Source: an uncultured Gemmataceae bacterium (GTDB taxonomy: Bacteria > Planctomycetota > Planctomycetia > Gemmatales > Gemmataceae). From it: a stretch of 64,000 nucleotides of DNA. How positions within the stretch are numbered: position 1 is the first letter of the stretch; every line of letters starts with the position of its first letter. The stretch is from assembly GCA_963750165.1 (NCBI GenBank), contig CAVVPN010000001.1, positions 1-64,000 of the forward strand, written 5' to 3'. Of this stretch, positions 39,983-50,703 are shown piece by piece. The notes under the pieces were generated by a model that was given only the letters and a program-made list of their open reading frames with translations, ran no database searches and was not told the origin of the DNA. The translations under genes were made by a program, and so were the position numbers.

Positions 39983-40116
39983 GGTTGTCTTCCTTCCGAT
40001 TGTCGATGCAGCTGCCCGCGGACGCCGGCCGCGGAATTGACTGTCCGTTGTGGCCGTCGCGGGCGATAATACCCCAACCGAAGACCAGCCCATTCTACCA
40101 ACCAAGGGGGTGCAGC

Positions 40117-41157
40117 ATGAAACTGCGAAGCGCGCTGCTGGCGCTGGCGGTGACGGTGGCGGTGGGCGCCGTCGCCGTCCTCGGCAATCGGCAGCAGCCG
40201 GCCGACGCCAAGATGGTCAGCGCGGCCCAGAAATTTTTGACCAGCCTTGACGCCAAGCAGAAGGCCCGAACCGTCATCGCCTTCGACAGCCCGGAACGCA
40301 CCAACTGGTGGTTCGTGCCGCGCGAGGACGGCAAAAAGCACTCGATCCGCAAGGGCCTGCCGCTGATGGACATGACCGCCGACCAGAAGAAGGCGGCCCT
40401 GGACCTGCTGGCGACCGGCACCAGCGCAAAGGGTTACGTCCAGGCCACGACCATCATGAGCCTGGAGGGCATCCTCCGGGAGCAGGAGGCCGGCAAGAAG
40501 GGCACGCCGGTTCGCAACCCCGAGTGGTACTTCTTCACTGTTTTCGGAACGCCGGCCAACAAGGGCAAGTGGGGCTGGCGCGTCGAGGGCCATCACCTGT
40601 CCGTCAACTTCACCGTTGAGGATGGCGTGGTCAAGTCGGCGACGCCGTTTGTCTTCGGGGCCAACCCTGCCCAGATCAAGGGCGGGCCGAAGAAGGGCGA
40701 ACGCATTCTGCCGAAAGTCGAGGACTACGCGCGCGACCTGTTCAAGTCGCTCGACGCCGACCAGCGGAAGGTCGCCTTCCAGGAGAAGCCGTTTGGCGAA
40801 CCGCAGCAGAACACGGTGGCGCCGAAGCTGGGCGCCCCGAAGGGTTTGGCCGCGGCCAAGATGAACGAGCAGCAGCGCGTCACGTTGGTGAAGCTCCTGG
40901 AGGCGTACGCCAACCGCATGACGCCGGAGGTCGCCGCCCACGAAATGAAGGGCGTCCGCAGCGCTGGCATCGACAAGATTCACTTCGGCTACAGCGGCGC
41001 CACCGAGCCCGGCAAGGGCTACACCTACCGCGTGCATGGGCCGACGTTCGTCATTGAATTCCTGAACATGCAGGCCGACTCCGCCGGCAACCCGGCCAAC
41101 CACATCCACAGTGCCTGGCGCCGCATTGAGGGTGACTTCGGCATCAACAAGAAGTAA
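40117..41157 (+). CDS. DUF3500 protein
   Basis: Signal anchor, [29 protein letters not shown]...DFG. Confidence 0.88.
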   Translation: MKLRSALLALAVTVAVGAVAVLGNRQQPADAKMVSAAQKFLTSLDAKQKARTVIAFDSPERTNWWFVPREDGKKHSIRKGLPLMDMTADQKKAALDLLATGTSAKGYVQATTIMSLEGILREQEAGKKGTPVRNPEWYFFTVFGTPANKGKWGWRVEGHHLSVNFTVEDGVVKSATPFVFGANPAQIKGGPKKGERILPKVEDYARDLFKSLDADQRKVAFQEKPFGEPQQNTVAPKLGAPKGLAAAKMNEQQRVTLVKLLEAYANRMTPEVAAHEMKGVRSAGIDKIHFGYSGATEPGKGYTYRVHGPTFVIEFLNMQADSAGNPANHIHSAWRRIEGDFGINKK

Positions 41158-41351
41158 CCCTCCCGTAATGCAGACGGTCGCCTGCACCACACCAAGTGGT
41201 GCAGGCGAGCCGCCCGCACTGGGAAGCCTGTCAGGAAATCCGACACCCGCTGCTGGAATTGGGCACCGCTTACCGTTTCGCCATTTCAGCCACATTTCGT
41301 AAACATCTACAAATCCATCGCTTGTGTCAAATCATTCGCGACAATAGCGAG

Positions 41352-41367
41352 TGGCACGCTGGTTGCT
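41352..41367 (+). promoter_or_regulatory. Consensus sigma-54 promoter with no downstream ORF
   Basis: TGGCACG-CTGG-TTGCT in an AT-rich intergenic patch. Confidence 0.65.
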
Positions 41368-41515
41368 TTAAGAGGAAAAGTAGAAGGTTCATTTTGGTAG
41401 AAGTTAAACAATACACGGCGTCGCCAGCACCTATTCGCTCTCGCCCATTCAATTCGCCTTCGCTTCGCCCGGCCAGGAGGGCCTTAACTCTGCCCAGGAG
41501 TGCAACCTGGCCAAA

Positions 41516-41616
41516 GGAGATCAAGAAGTTGCCGGTCGCCCTCGCCCAAAGGGGAACGCCCAATCGAATCTACCCCGTTGCCCAGCACCGGTCGTCGCCC
41601 CAACTTCTTGATCTCC
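41516..41616. repeat. 16-bp perfect inverted repeat enclosing 69 bp
   Basis: GGAGATCAAGAAGTTG ... CAACTTCTTGATCTCC. Confidence 0.8.
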
Positions 41617-41634
41617 GCCGCCAGTGGTCTCTTC

Positions 41635-43392
41635 TCACTCCCTCCTTCTCACTTCCACATATAACACCCCCACCGTCGTCTGCCCCTGCGCCAACCACGC
41701 TTCCAGCTGCCCCGGACCCGCGTCCAGTTTCACCGCCTCGAACGTGATCTGCTTCGCCTGCGCCGGCACTGCCTGCATCACCTTGGCCCCGCGCAGCTGG
41801 AGCGTCGCCGTGCGCGCCGCGTCAGTGGGCGCGAACAGCAGGGTCACATCGTAGGCGCCGGGCCGCGCCACCTCGACCTCCCAGTGGCCCAGGCCTTTCG
41901 GCCCCCAGCTGGCCTGCGGCCCGCGCCAGTCCTGCCGCGTCAGCAGCACCGGGTTTTCCTCCGCCGCGCCCAGGTGGATGCGCGGCGGCGCGTAGCCGCG
42001 CGCGCCCACGTCCTTGAACCACGCCTCGTACTCCTTCAGTAACTTCGCCACCACCTCCGGCCGTTCCGCCGCCAAATCCTTCTGCTGGTACGGGTCTTTT
42101 TCGATGTCGTACAGATGAAACGTCAGCTTCTCGGGCAGCTTCTCCTTCTCGCCGACGCCGAGCGGCTGCACCAGGCGGTACTGCTGCGTTCGCACCCCGA
42201 ACGCGCGGTACAGCTGCGGCACTTCGCCGCGGTGCCATTGTGTGAACAGCGTCCGATCCGGCCAATCAACCTTGCCGCCCTTGAGCAACGGCCACAGGCT
42301 GCGACCGTCGAACTTGCGGTCCTTCGGGGCCGCGACGCCACACGCTTCCAGCAGCGTCGGCGTCACGTCGATGTGAGCGGCGACGCGGTCCACCACGCGG
42401 TCGGCCGGAACGGTGCCGGTCCAGCGCACAAAGAACGGCACGCGCGTGCCGCCCTCGTGGACCGTCCCCTTGCGGCCGAGCATACCGCTGTTGTAGCGCA
42501 CGCCCTGCGGCCCGTTGTCCGTCAGGAAAATCACGATGGTGTTCTCGCTCAGCTTCAGCTCGTCCAGCTTCGCCAGCAGCCGGCCGATGTTGTCGTCGAT
42601 GTTCGTGACCATGCCGTAAACCTTCGCGATCTCGTCCTGCTTGGCCTTGCCCGGGAGCGGCTGGCCGGTCTTCGGAAACTCCGAGTGGGCCAGGTTCATC
42701 TTGCGGTACGGCGCCACGTACTGCTCCGGTACTTGCAGGGGGCCGTGCGGGCAGTTGTAGGCGACGTACAGGAAGAACGGTCGGTCGCGGTGTTCGGTGA
42801 CAAAGCGCAGGGCGTCATCGGTGAACACGTCGGTGCAGTAGCCCCTGGTTTTAACCGCCTTGCCGTTGCGGTAGAGGGTGGGGTTGAAGTAGCCGTCGCC
42901 GCCGGGCGGGTCCGAGGGCTGCGCGATACCGCCGCCCTTGTGGACCAGCGCCTCATGGAAGCCGCGGTCGTGCGGCCGCAGCGGGTAGTTGTCGCCGAGG
43001 TGCCACTTGCCGACGATGCCAGTGCGGTAGCCCGCCGCCGCGAACAGCTGGGCCAGCGTCACCTCGTCGGGCCGCATCATCGACCGGCCCACGAAGGTAT
43101 CGACGATGCCAGTGCGATAGTTGTAGCGGCCCGTCAGCAGGCTCGAGCGCGTCGGCGAGCAGACCGGCGAAACGTAGAAGTATTGAAAGCGCGTGGACTG
43201 GCGGGCGAGCTTGTCGAGGTTCGGCGTGCGGATTTTCGGGTTGCCGTGGATGCCCAGGTCGCCGTGGCCCTGGTCGTCCGTCATGATGACAATGACATTG
43301 GGCCGCTTTTTCGGCTGGGGGTTGTTGGCAGCGTGGGCGGTGCCGGCGACGGTCAGCGCGGCGAGCAAGGCGAGCAGCGTGCGGTGCGTCAT
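41635..43392 (-). CDS. Arylsulfatase (formylglycine-dependent)
   Basis: Signal peptide, PNVIVIMTDDQG, CSPTRSSLLTGR, GKWHLG, TDNG, EGGTRVP. Confidence 0.93.
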   Translation of the reverse strand: MTHRTLLALLAALTVAGTAHAANNPQPKKRPNVIVIMTDDQGHGDLGIHGNPKIRTPNLDKLARQSTRFQYFYVSPVCSPTRSSLLTGRYNYRTGIVDTFVGRSMMRPDEVTLAQLFAAAGYRTGIVGKWHLGDNYPLRPHDRGFHEALVHKGGGIAQPSDPPGGDGYFNPTLYRNGKAVKTRGYCTDVFTDDALRFVTEHRDRPFFLYVAYNCPHGPLQVPEQYVAPYRKMNLAHSEFPKTGQPLPGKAKQDEIAKVYGMVTNIDDNIGRLLAKLDELKLSENTIVIFLTDNGPQGVRYNSGMLGRKGTVHEGGTRVPFFVRWTGTVPADRVVDRVAAHIDVTPTLLEACGVAAPKDRKFDGRSLWPLLKGGKVDWPDRTLFTQWHRGEVPQLYRAFGVRTQQYRLVQPLGVGEKEKLPEKLTFHLYDIEKDPYQQKDLAAERPEVVAKLLKEYEAWFKDVGARGYAPPRIHLGAAEENPVLLTRQDWRGPQASWGPKGLGHWEVEVARPGAYDVTLLFAPTDAARTATLQLRGAKVMQAVPAQAKQITFEAVKLDAGPGQLEAWLAQGQTTVGVLYVEVRRRE

Positions 43393-43492
43393 GGCGGTTC
43401 CTCAGCGGGTCGGAGGGAGAGTCCCTGGGGTTGTTCCCGCCGACCAGCATACCATGACGGCGTAGAATATTCACCGCGGTGAATCTGCCGCG

Positions 43493-44005
43493 CTACTGGT
43501 CCCGCTGGGCTATCGGCTCCGCCCTGGGCAGGTTGGTCTGACGGCCTTCCAGGAAGGCGAGCCGTTCGCGCATGTGTTGCAGTTCGCGGGCCATGTCGGC
43601 GCGGGCCTTTTCGCTGATCTTCAATTCCTGCTCCAGCTGGGCCCGTTCCGACTTGATCTCGCGCAGTTCGTGGAAGCCTTCCCGCGATTTCTCGCGGAAC
43701 TTTTCAAAGTACTCGCGCTTGACGAAGTTGCTCTGCGTTTCGTTGAAGTGTTTCAGGTCGTTGCGCAGTTCGCTGACCATGCCGTTGTACTGCTCGAACA
43801 GCGCCAGGGCGACGAAGCCCAGGCCGCTGAGGATGGCGCTGCCGGCGCCCCACAGCCAGGCCGCCCGGTTGCGCTTGCCGGCCGCTGCCGCCGTCGGCGG
43901 CGCGCCGTCGTGCAGGGTCGGAGCAGGCTCGGCAAGATGGACGGAGGAAGTCGTGCAGGAGTGAACGATTTCCTGGTGCCGGCAGGCGACAATGCCCTGG
44001 TCCAT
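43493..44005 (-). CDS. Hypothetical single-TM coiled-coil protein (start uncertain)
   Basis: Hydrophobic segment followed by a charged heptad-like region ending ERLAFLEG. Confidence 0.65.
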   Translation of the reverse strand: MDQGIVACRHQEIVHSCTTSSVHLAEPAPTLHDGAPPTAAAAGKRNRAAWLWGAGSAILSGLGFVALALFEQYNGMVSELRNDLKHFNETQSNFVKREYFEKFREKSREGFHELREIKSERAQLEQELKISEKARADMARELQHMRERLAFLEGRQTNLPRAEPIAQRDQ

Positions 44006-44133
44006 AAGTCCTCCCGGGTTTGTGCTCTCATCCTGAGCAACCGTCCGCGTCGCGGGTTGGCAGGGGACATAGCCGAGGGGCCGTTCGGATGCAAGGCCAG
44101 TCGGGGACCACGACTCAAACGGCCTTCATTCCG

Positions 44134-44161
44134 CTCGTTTCCAAACTCCGGTTTGGGAACG
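44134..44161. repeat. REP-like hairpin
   Basis: cgtttccaaac-tccg-gtttgggaacg. Confidence 0.45.
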
Positions 44162-44382
44162 CAATTCCCCGAAACTCCTGATTGTGAAAATCGCGCTGGC
44201 GATGCGACCAGGGGTGGCGGACAACCGTTGGGGAATCGTACAATGAGTGAGACGCAGGCGGAGACTCCTTTCTTAAGTGGTTCGCTACACTTATTTTAGG
44301 AGTCTCCATGTGCCGCGACTCATTTTTGCAGCTGCTGAGATCAGCGACCGGAGTCCGGCAATATCGAAAAGGAGTTCTCCCG

Positions 44383-45462
44383 ATGTTCCACGCGATGATC
44401 ATGGCGGGCGGCGGCGGCACGCGCTTCTGGCCGCGCAGCCGCAAGCACCGGCCCAAGCAGTTTCTGACCCTGACCGGCAATCGCTCCCTGTTGCAGCAGG
44501 CCTACGACCGCCTGGAGGCCGCGATACCGCCGCACCACAGCTGGGTCATCACCAGCGACGCCCACCGCGCCGAGGCCGAACGCCAGCTGCCGGCGCTGCC
44601 GGGTGGTCACGTCGTCGGCGAGCCGTGCGGTCGCGACACCGCCGCCGCCATCGGCCTGGGCGCCGCGCTCATCGCCCGTGAGGATCCCGATGCGGTCATG
44701 ATTGTCACGCCCTCGGACCACGTCATTGAGCCGGTGCAGGAGTTCCGCCGCGCCGCCCAGGTCGCGGAGCAAATGGCGCTCGAACACCCCAACGCGCTCA
44801 TCACCTTCGGCATCCAGCCGACGTACCCGGCGGTCGGCTACGGCTACATCCACCGCGGCGCCGAGGTGGCCCGGCGCCAGGGCGTGCCGGTGTACCGCGT
44901 GCAGGCATTCAAGGAAAAGCCCGACCAGGAGACGGCCGAGAACTTCCTGGCGTCGGGCGAATACTTCTGGAACAGCGGCATTTTCGTCTGGCGCGTGGCG
45001 ACCATCCTGAGCGCCCTGCGCGAGCGGCAGCCGAAGTTGTTCGCCGCCGTGCAGCAGATCGCCGAGAACTGGGGCGCTGCCGACGGCCCGCGCGTGCTGG
45101 CCCGGGAGTACGAAGCGCTGCCGAAGATCAGCATCGACTTCGCAGTGATGGAGCACGCGCCGGAAGTGCTGGTGGTGCAGGCGCCGTATCGCTGGGACGA
45201 CGTGGGCAGCTGGCTGGCCCTGGAGCGAATGCACCCGCAGGACGCCGAGCACAACACCGTGCTGGCGACGCACTGCGGCATTGAAACGAACCACTGCGTC
45301 ATCGTCGGCGATCCGGGCAAGCTCATCACGACGATTGGCGTCTCGAACCTGCTCATCATCCAGGACGGCGACGCGCTGCTGGTGGCCGACCGCCGCGAGG
45401 AGGCGACGGTCAAGGCACTGGTGGACCGGCTCGGCAAGGAAAACCTGGAAAAATACCTGTGA
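44383..45462 (+). CDS. manC: Mannose-1-phosphate guanylyltransferase
   Basis: IMAGGGGTRFWPRSR..RPKQF, EPCGRDTA, GYGYI, FKEKP, WNSGIF, SIDFAVME, WDDVGSW. Confidence 0.93.
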   Translation: MFHAMIMAGGGGTRFWPRSRKHRPKQFLTLTGNRSLLQQAYDRLEAAIPPHHSWVITSDAHRAEAERQLPALPGGHVVGEPCGRDTAAAIGLGAALIAREDPDAVMIVTPSDHVIEPVQEFRRAAQVAEQMALEHPNALITFGIQPTYPAVGYGYIHRGAEVARRQGVPVYRVQAFKEKPDQETAENFLASGEYFWNSGIFVWRVATILSALRERQPKLFAAVQQIAENWGAADGPRVLAREYEALPKISIDFAVMEHAPEVLVVQAPYRWDDVGSWLALERMHPQDAEHNTVLATHCGIETNHCVIVGDPGKLITTIGVSNLLIIQDGDALLVADRREEATVKALVDRLGKENLEKYL

Positions 45463-45914
45463 GCGAAGCACGGCGACTGCTGGGCATCGACTACGGCAGC
45501 AAGCGCATCGGCCTGGCGGTGAGCGACGCGGACCACAAGATCGCGTCGCCGCTGACCACCTACGAGCGCAAGGGAGCCGAGCGTGACGCCGCGTACTTCC
45601 GCACACTGATCGACGAGGAGGAAATCGGCGGCCTGGTGCTGGGCCTGCCGGTGCATCTGAACGGCAGCGAGGGCCAGAAAGCGCGTGAGGTGCGGGCGTT
45701 CGCGGCCTGGCTGGCGAAGGCGACGGGCCTGACTCCCGCCTTCTGGGACGAACGCTTCACGACCGTGGAGGCCGAACAGCACCTGCTGGCGGCGGGCCTG
45801 ACGAACAAGCGCCGCAAGGAGCGCCGCGACCGCCTGGCGGCGCAGATTTTGTTGCAGACCTATCTGGACGCCGGCTGTCCCGCGGAGGAGCCGCCGCGGC
45901 CCCTGGACGAATGA
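45459..45914 (+). CDS. ruvX: YqgF/RuvX-family nuclease
   Basis: LLGIDYGSKRIGLAVSD, VLGLP, WDERFTT, DRLAAQILLQTYL. Confidence 0.93.
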   Translation: MSEARRLLGIDYGSKRIGLAVSDADHKIASPLTTYERKGAERDAAYFRTLIDEEEIGGLVLGLPVHLNGSEGQKAREVRAFAAWLAKATGLTPAFWDERFTTVEAEQHLLAAGLTNKRRKERRDRLAAQILLQTYLDAGCPAEEPPRPLDE

Positions 45915-45935
45915 CCCTGCCACGGTGGGACACGG

Positions 45936-46853
45936 ATGTTTGAGCGCTTTGAAGACTACGAATACCCCCTGGCGCTGTGCCAGCTGGTGCTGTTCATGAC
46001 CGGCATGGGCGCAACGCTGCGGCTGGCCGACTTCACGCGCATCGCCCGTGAGCCGCGGTCGCTGCTGACGGCGCTGGCGTATCAGTACGTCGCGGTGCCG
46101 GCGCTGGCGGTGGCGCTGAACCACCTGCTCCGGCTGCCGTCGGGCGTGGCCATCGGCCTGGTGCTGATCGCGGCGCTGCCGGGCGGCGCCATGGCCAAGT
46201 TCTTCACCTACCTGGGCCGCGGCAACCTGGCACTGTCGGTAACACTGACCGCCACCTCAACCCTGTCGGCGCTGGTGACGGTGCCGCTGCTGCTACGGTT
46301 GCTGGCGACCGAGTACATCCCGGACAATTTACCGATGCCGTACCTCCGCATTGTCGGCGAAGTGGCGCTGTTCATGCTGGCGCCGCTGGCGCTGGGCATG
46401 CTGCTGGGCTGGCGCTGGCCGGCGCACCGGCAACAAATCTCGCGCTGGTGCATCCGGCTGGGGCTGGTGTTCGTGGTGGCGATGGTGGTCGGCTCGACCG
46501 GAGCGGGCCGCATCACTGGCTGGGAGTACAGCTGGCAGGGGCCGCTGGCGATCGTGCTGTTCTGTCTGTTGAATCAGCAGCTGTCGCTGCTGCCGTTCCG
46601 CGTGCTGCGCTGGCCGACGCAGGATTGTCTGGCGGTGGGCATCGAGGTGACGATGCGCAACGTCAACCTGGGGCTGCTGCTCAAGGCGTCGCTGTTTCCG
46701 GCGACCGACCACGCCATCCGGCCCATCGCCGATGGCGTGCTGTTCGTGCTGCTGTACTACGCGGTGGTGGCCATGTGCGCTGGGGCGCCGCTGGCGCTGC
46801 GCTATCGGCTCATGTATCACCGCAAGGTAGCGCAGCCGGTGGTAGAGCATTGA
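45936..46853 (+). CDS. Bile acid:sodium symporter family protein
   Basis: MTGMGATL, ALPGG, GNLALSV, IEVTMRN; multiple TM segments. Confidence 0.88.
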   Translation: MFERFEDYEYPLALCQLVLFMTGMGATLRLADFTRIAREPRSLLTALAYQYVAVPALAVALNHLLRLPSGVAIGLVLIAALPGGAMAKFFTYLGRGNLALSVTLTATSTLSALVTVPLLLRLLATEYIPDNLPMPYLRIVGEVALFMLAPLALGMLLGWRWPAHRQQISRWCIRLGLVFVVAMVVGSTGAGRITGWEYSWQGPLAIVLFCLLNQQLSLLPFRVLRWPTQDCLAVGIEVTMRNVNLGLLLKASLFPATDHAIRPIADGVLFVLLYYAVVAMCAGAPLALRYRLMYHRKVAQPVVEH

Positions 46854-46936
46854 TCGGCATGGTTCAAAAGCGGCCGATTTCAGGTAACAGTACGGACCCT
46901 CCCCGGCCCTGACAGGATGGCGCGGGTTGGACCATC

Positions 46937-46977
46937 CTGGAGCGGTTCACGAACGGCAGGCTTGCGAACCGCTCTAA
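46937..46977. repeat. Minimal ('empty') copy of the GAGCGGTTC-ended element
   Basis: ctggagcggttcacgaacggcaggcttgcgaaccgctctaa; both halves match the ends of 5293-5418. Confidence 0.7.
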
Positions 46978-47060
46978 TTTCTGGAGAAGGGGGCATGGCC
47001 GAGTAAGAGCGTTCGGAAGCAAAGAACCACGGATCCCACGGGAGCACGGTGCGACCGGGG

Positions 47061-47120
47061 GTAGCGGAAGTCGCCAGACTTCCGCGCAGCGTCGGACGGA
47101 AGTCTGGCGACTTCCGCTAC
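47061..47120. repeat. GTAG-type REP doublet nested in an outer inverted repeat (47025-47177)
   Basis: Arms identical to 30481-30540; outer aaccacggatc ... gatccgtggtt. Confidence 0.9.
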
Positions 47121-47408
47121 CCCCCCAGCGCCGCGCGCGCTAACCATTTTCTGTCGAGATCCGTGTGATCCGTGGTTCCTGCTTTCCGAACGCGCTAACG
47201 CCAACCAATGGGGGTGCCTGCCCCGTCAAAGGCAAGAGGCGTCGTCTGGACAAACCCCGTCCGTCAACCGCCCGCCGCGCTTTTTCCAACCCCAGTTCAG
47301 TTCTCCCGCCCGCACTGCCGATCTTCCCGTAACAGGCGGCTCTCCCAGTGCGCGCCACAACCCGCGGCGGCCGACCCGGAGCGCCGTCTCTTCACGGGAG
47401 GTTTTTCA

Positions 47409-50246
47409 ATGCGTTTCTTCTCGTTCCGCTCGCTGCTGCGCCCCACGCGATCCCGTCGCGCCCCGGCCGTCCTCCGCGTCGAGTCCCTCGAAGGCCGCTG
47501 TCTGCCCTCTGCCACCATCAGCGGCTACGTTTACAACGATGCCAACTTCAACGGCATCCGCGATCTCGGCGAGGCTCCCATTCTCAACGCGCGCGTCGAA
47601 CTGCACAACACCACCGGCGGCCAGGACGTGATCGTCGGCGTCGCCACCACGGATGCCAACGGCTACTACCAGTTCACCACCAACGCCACCATCAACACCA
47701 GCCCGCAGACGCTGGTGCGCTCGATCACCTACCCGCTCACGCCGACCAACTTCACCATGAGCAGGGCCATCGGCCAGTTCGACCCCAGCCTGGGCCAACT
47801 GGTCTCCGTCGATGTCGAGAGCGACGCCACCATCACCAGCGACATTCGCGTGGAAAACACCAGTACGCAATCCATCTCAACCATCGACGGCACCGTCGCC
47901 GGCACCCTGACGCTGACCGGCCCTGGCGGCCTCAGCCTGGTCAACCAGCCGAGCGCCAACGCCGGCGAGTTCGACGCCACCACCTTCGACGGCACCAAGG
48001 ACTTCGCCGGCACCAGCGGCATCAACTTCGGCTCGCAGAACGCCAGTAACACCGCCACCACCACGCTGACCGGTGCCGCCCTGACGCCGTTCATCGGCAC
48101 CGGCACCGTCAACCTGCTCCTCAGCGCCAGGGCCACCTCCAACGCCTCCGGCGGCGGCAACCTCGACGCCAGCATCACCAGTTCCGCCCTGGCCACCGTG
48201 CGCCTGGTCTATCACTACATCCCCAGCAACGCCCTCCAGCCGGGCACCTACCGCGTCGTCCAGACACCGCCACCCGGCGGTTACCTGGACGGCCTGGAGT
48301 CGCAGGGTAACACCGTCATCCCGGGCAGCCTCGGCACCGATGCCATCAACGTCCAGCTCAGCGCCAACGGTGTGTCCGCCAACAACAATTTCGGCAAGGT
48401 CATCACGTCCAGCCTGTCCGGTTTCGTCTACGGCGACATCAGCTCCGGCGGCTACAACGACGGCATTCGCGAGATGGGTGAGCCGGGCATTCCTAACACC
48501 ACCATCACGCTGACCGGCACAACCAACGCCGGCACCTCGGTGTCGCAAACGCTGAAAACCGACCCCAATGGCTTCTACATTCTCGCCAACCTCTACCCCG
48601 GCACGTACCAACTCCAGGCGACGCAGCCGGCCGGCTGGCTCCCGGGCAAGGACACCATCGGCACGCAGGGCGGTATCAGCGGCAACAACGGCTTGAGCAA
48701 CATCGCGCTGCCGCAGAATGACAACGGCCTGAACAACAACTTCGGCGAACTGCAACCGGTCACCAGCACGGCCAGTCTGTCGGGCTGGGTCTACGAGGAT
48801 ATGAGCGTCACCGGCTATAACGACGGCATTCGGGAACTGGGCGAGCCAGGCATTCCCAACACCACCATCATCCTGACCGGCACCGACTATACCGGCAACG
48901 CCGTTTCGCAGACCACGACCACCGACGCCAACGGCTTCTACAGCTTCTCGAATCTGGCGGCCGGCACCTACGCGCTCCGCGAGGTGCAGCCGGCCGGCTT
49001 CCTCGAAGGCAAGTCCACCATCGGCACGCCCGGCGGCAGCACTTTCAACGGCGCCTTCACGAATATCCATCTGGCCGCCGGCTACAACGGCCAGAACAAC
49101 AACTTCGGCGAGCTGTTGCCGAGCGCCGGCCGGCTATCGAGCCTGTCGGGCTTCGTCTACGCGGACGACAGCTCCGGCGGCTACAACGATGGCGTCCGGC
49201 AACAGGGCGAACCGGGCATCGCTGGCGTGACCATCACGCTGACCGGCACCACCAACCAGGGCCAGTCCATGACGGCGAAACTGACCACGGACCCCAACGG
49301 CTTCTACATCTTCGGCGGTCTGCAGGCGGGCACCTATCAGTTGCAGGAGACGCAGCCGGCCGGCTGGCTCAACGGCAAGGCCGCCATCGGCACGCAGAGC
49401 GGTGTCGTCGGCAGCAACGTCCTCAGCGCCATCCCGCTGCCGGGCGGCGTCAACGGCCTGAACAACAACTTCGCCGAGCTGCCGGCGGCGGTCAAGGCGA
49501 CGGCTGTGCCGCCGGTGTTTCTGACGCCACAGTTCGCGCCGGTCCAGTTGCTCGGCAAGAACAATTACTTCACGACGCCGGGCACGAATTACCAGGATCC
49601 CACGATTCAGGCGGACGCGACCTATGTCGATGGCCTGTACCGCACCCTGGCGGGCCGGCCGGCGACCTATCAGGAGCTGGGCAACTGGGTGAACCAGCTC
49701 CTCAACGGCCTGTCGCTCAGCCAGGTCGCCGCCGCGGTCTGGAACACGCCCGAGCACCGCCGCATTGAGGTCAACAGTTTCTACGACGTCTACCTGGGTC
49801 GCCTGCCCACCGACGCCGAGGCGGCCCCGTGGGTGAATTACCTGGTGCAGACCGGGGACGAGGTTGGCGTGGCCGCCGCCATCCTGGGATCGCCGGAGTA
49901 CCTGCAGCGCGCCGGCGGCACCACCACGGGCTTCGTCACCGCCCTGTACGCCAACACGCAGGGCACCGACCTGGTGCCGGCGGGCGCCGTCGCCTACTGG
50001 CAGAACGTGCTCAGCAGCACCGGCAACAACTACGCCCTGGTGGCCCGGCAGTTCCTGAACACCGACGCGGCCGCGGCCTTCATCGTGGACGCCTACTACC
50101 GCCAGATTCTGCAACGACCGCCGGGAGCGGGCGAGGTCAACGCCTGGGTGGGCCTGATCCACAACGGCCAGAACACGCTGTTCAACGTCGGCATCCAGTT
50201 CGTGGCGAGCGCCGAGTTTTTCGCCACGGCCAAGAAGGCGAGTTAG
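47409..50246 (+). CDS. Surface protein: LEGR motif, SdrD-B-like repeats, choice-of-anchor-E-like insert, C-terminal DUF4214-like region
   Basis: VESLEGR; repeated SLSG.VY.D...DG.R..GEPGI...TD.NGFY.F..L.AGTY; QFDPSLGQL; YRQILQRPP...SAEF. Confidence 0.85.
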   Translation: MRFFSFRSLLRPTRSRRAPAVLRVESLEGRCLPSATISGYVYNDANFNGIRDLGEAPILNARVELHNTTGGQDVIVGVATTDANGYYQFTTNATINTSPQTLVRSITYPLTPTNFTMSRAIGQFDPSLGQLVSVDVESDATITSDIRVENTSTQSISTIDGTVAGTLTLTGPGGLSLVNQPSANAGEFDATTFDGTKDFAGTSGINFGSQNASNTATTTLTGAALTPFIGTGTVNLLLSARATSNASGGGNLDASITSSALATVRLVYHYIPSNALQPGTYRVVQTPPPGGYLDGLESQGNTVIPGSLGTDAINVQLSANGVSANNNFGKVITSSLSGFVYGDISSGGYNDGIREMGEPGIPNTTITLTGTTNAGTSVSQTLKTDPNGFYILANLYPGTYQLQATQPAGWLPGKDTIGTQGGISGNNGLSNIALPQNDNGLNNNFGELQPVTSTASLSGWVYEDMSVTGYNDGIRELGEPGIPNTTIILTGTDYTGNAVSQTTTTDANGFYSFSNLAAGTYALREVQPAGFLEGKSTIGTPGGSTFNGAFTNIHLAAGYNGQNNNFGELLPSAGRLSSLSGFVYADDSSGGYNDGVRQQGEPGIAGVTITLTGTTNQGQSMTAKLTTDPNGFYIFGGLQAGTYQLQETQPAGWLNGKAAIGTQSGVVGSNVLSAIPLPGGVNGLNNNFAELPAAVKATAVPPVFLTPQFAPVQLLGKNNYFTTPGTNYQDPTIQADATYVDGLYRTLAGRPATYQELGNWVNQLLNGLSLSQVAAAVWNTPEHRRIEVNSFYDVYLGRLPTDAEAAPWVNYLVQTGDEVGVAAAILGSPEYLQRAGGTTTGFVTALYANTQGTDLVPAGAVAYWQNVLSSTGNNYALVARQFLNTDAAAAFIVDAYYRQILQRPPGAGEVNAWVGLIHNGQNTLFNVGIQFVASAEFFATAKKAS

Positions 50247-50261
50247 CCTGAATTACGATTA

Positions 50262-50367
50262 ATTCACCACAAAGACACAAAGAAACACAAAGAAGGCAAA
50301 GCCAGGAGGAGATCATCCTTTTCCTGTTTTTGTCTTCTTTGTGACTCTTTGTGTCTTTGTGGTGAAT
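50262..50367. repeat. Inverted repeat of the CACAAAGA-type family
   Basis: attcaccacaaagacacaaag ... ctttgtgtctttgtggtgaat. Confidence 0.8.
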
Positions 50368-50703
50368 CTTCTTCTTCTGTCTGCCCACTCCACATTACGC
50401 ACCTCAAATTCCTCCCGATTCCTCTATTCTCCAGCAACCGCCGCCACCTCGCTTTGCCGCGCGGGATGGTTGTGCCCTCCGTTCGACCTGTGAGGCGGGG
50501 TCGGCGCCGGCAGCGGCGCAGGACACGCAAAACCACTGTGTTGCGGCGAGGCCGGCGGTCGAAATAAAGGACGGTATCTCAGCGAACGGCGGGGGGAACA
50601 CCCCCAGGCCGCGGCGTTGTGTGACGGCCCACCCCCGGGACGGCGCCAGGCTTGCGGCACTTTGAGCGACTCCAAGCGTTCCCTGCCACGGAGGGTTCTG
50701 TCC

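Noticed and set aside
41327..41563. 78-aa minus-strand ORF and 183-aa plus-strand ORF (41196-41747)
   Set aside because: Atypical composition, no RBS or motifs, and they overlap the promoter and inverted repeat
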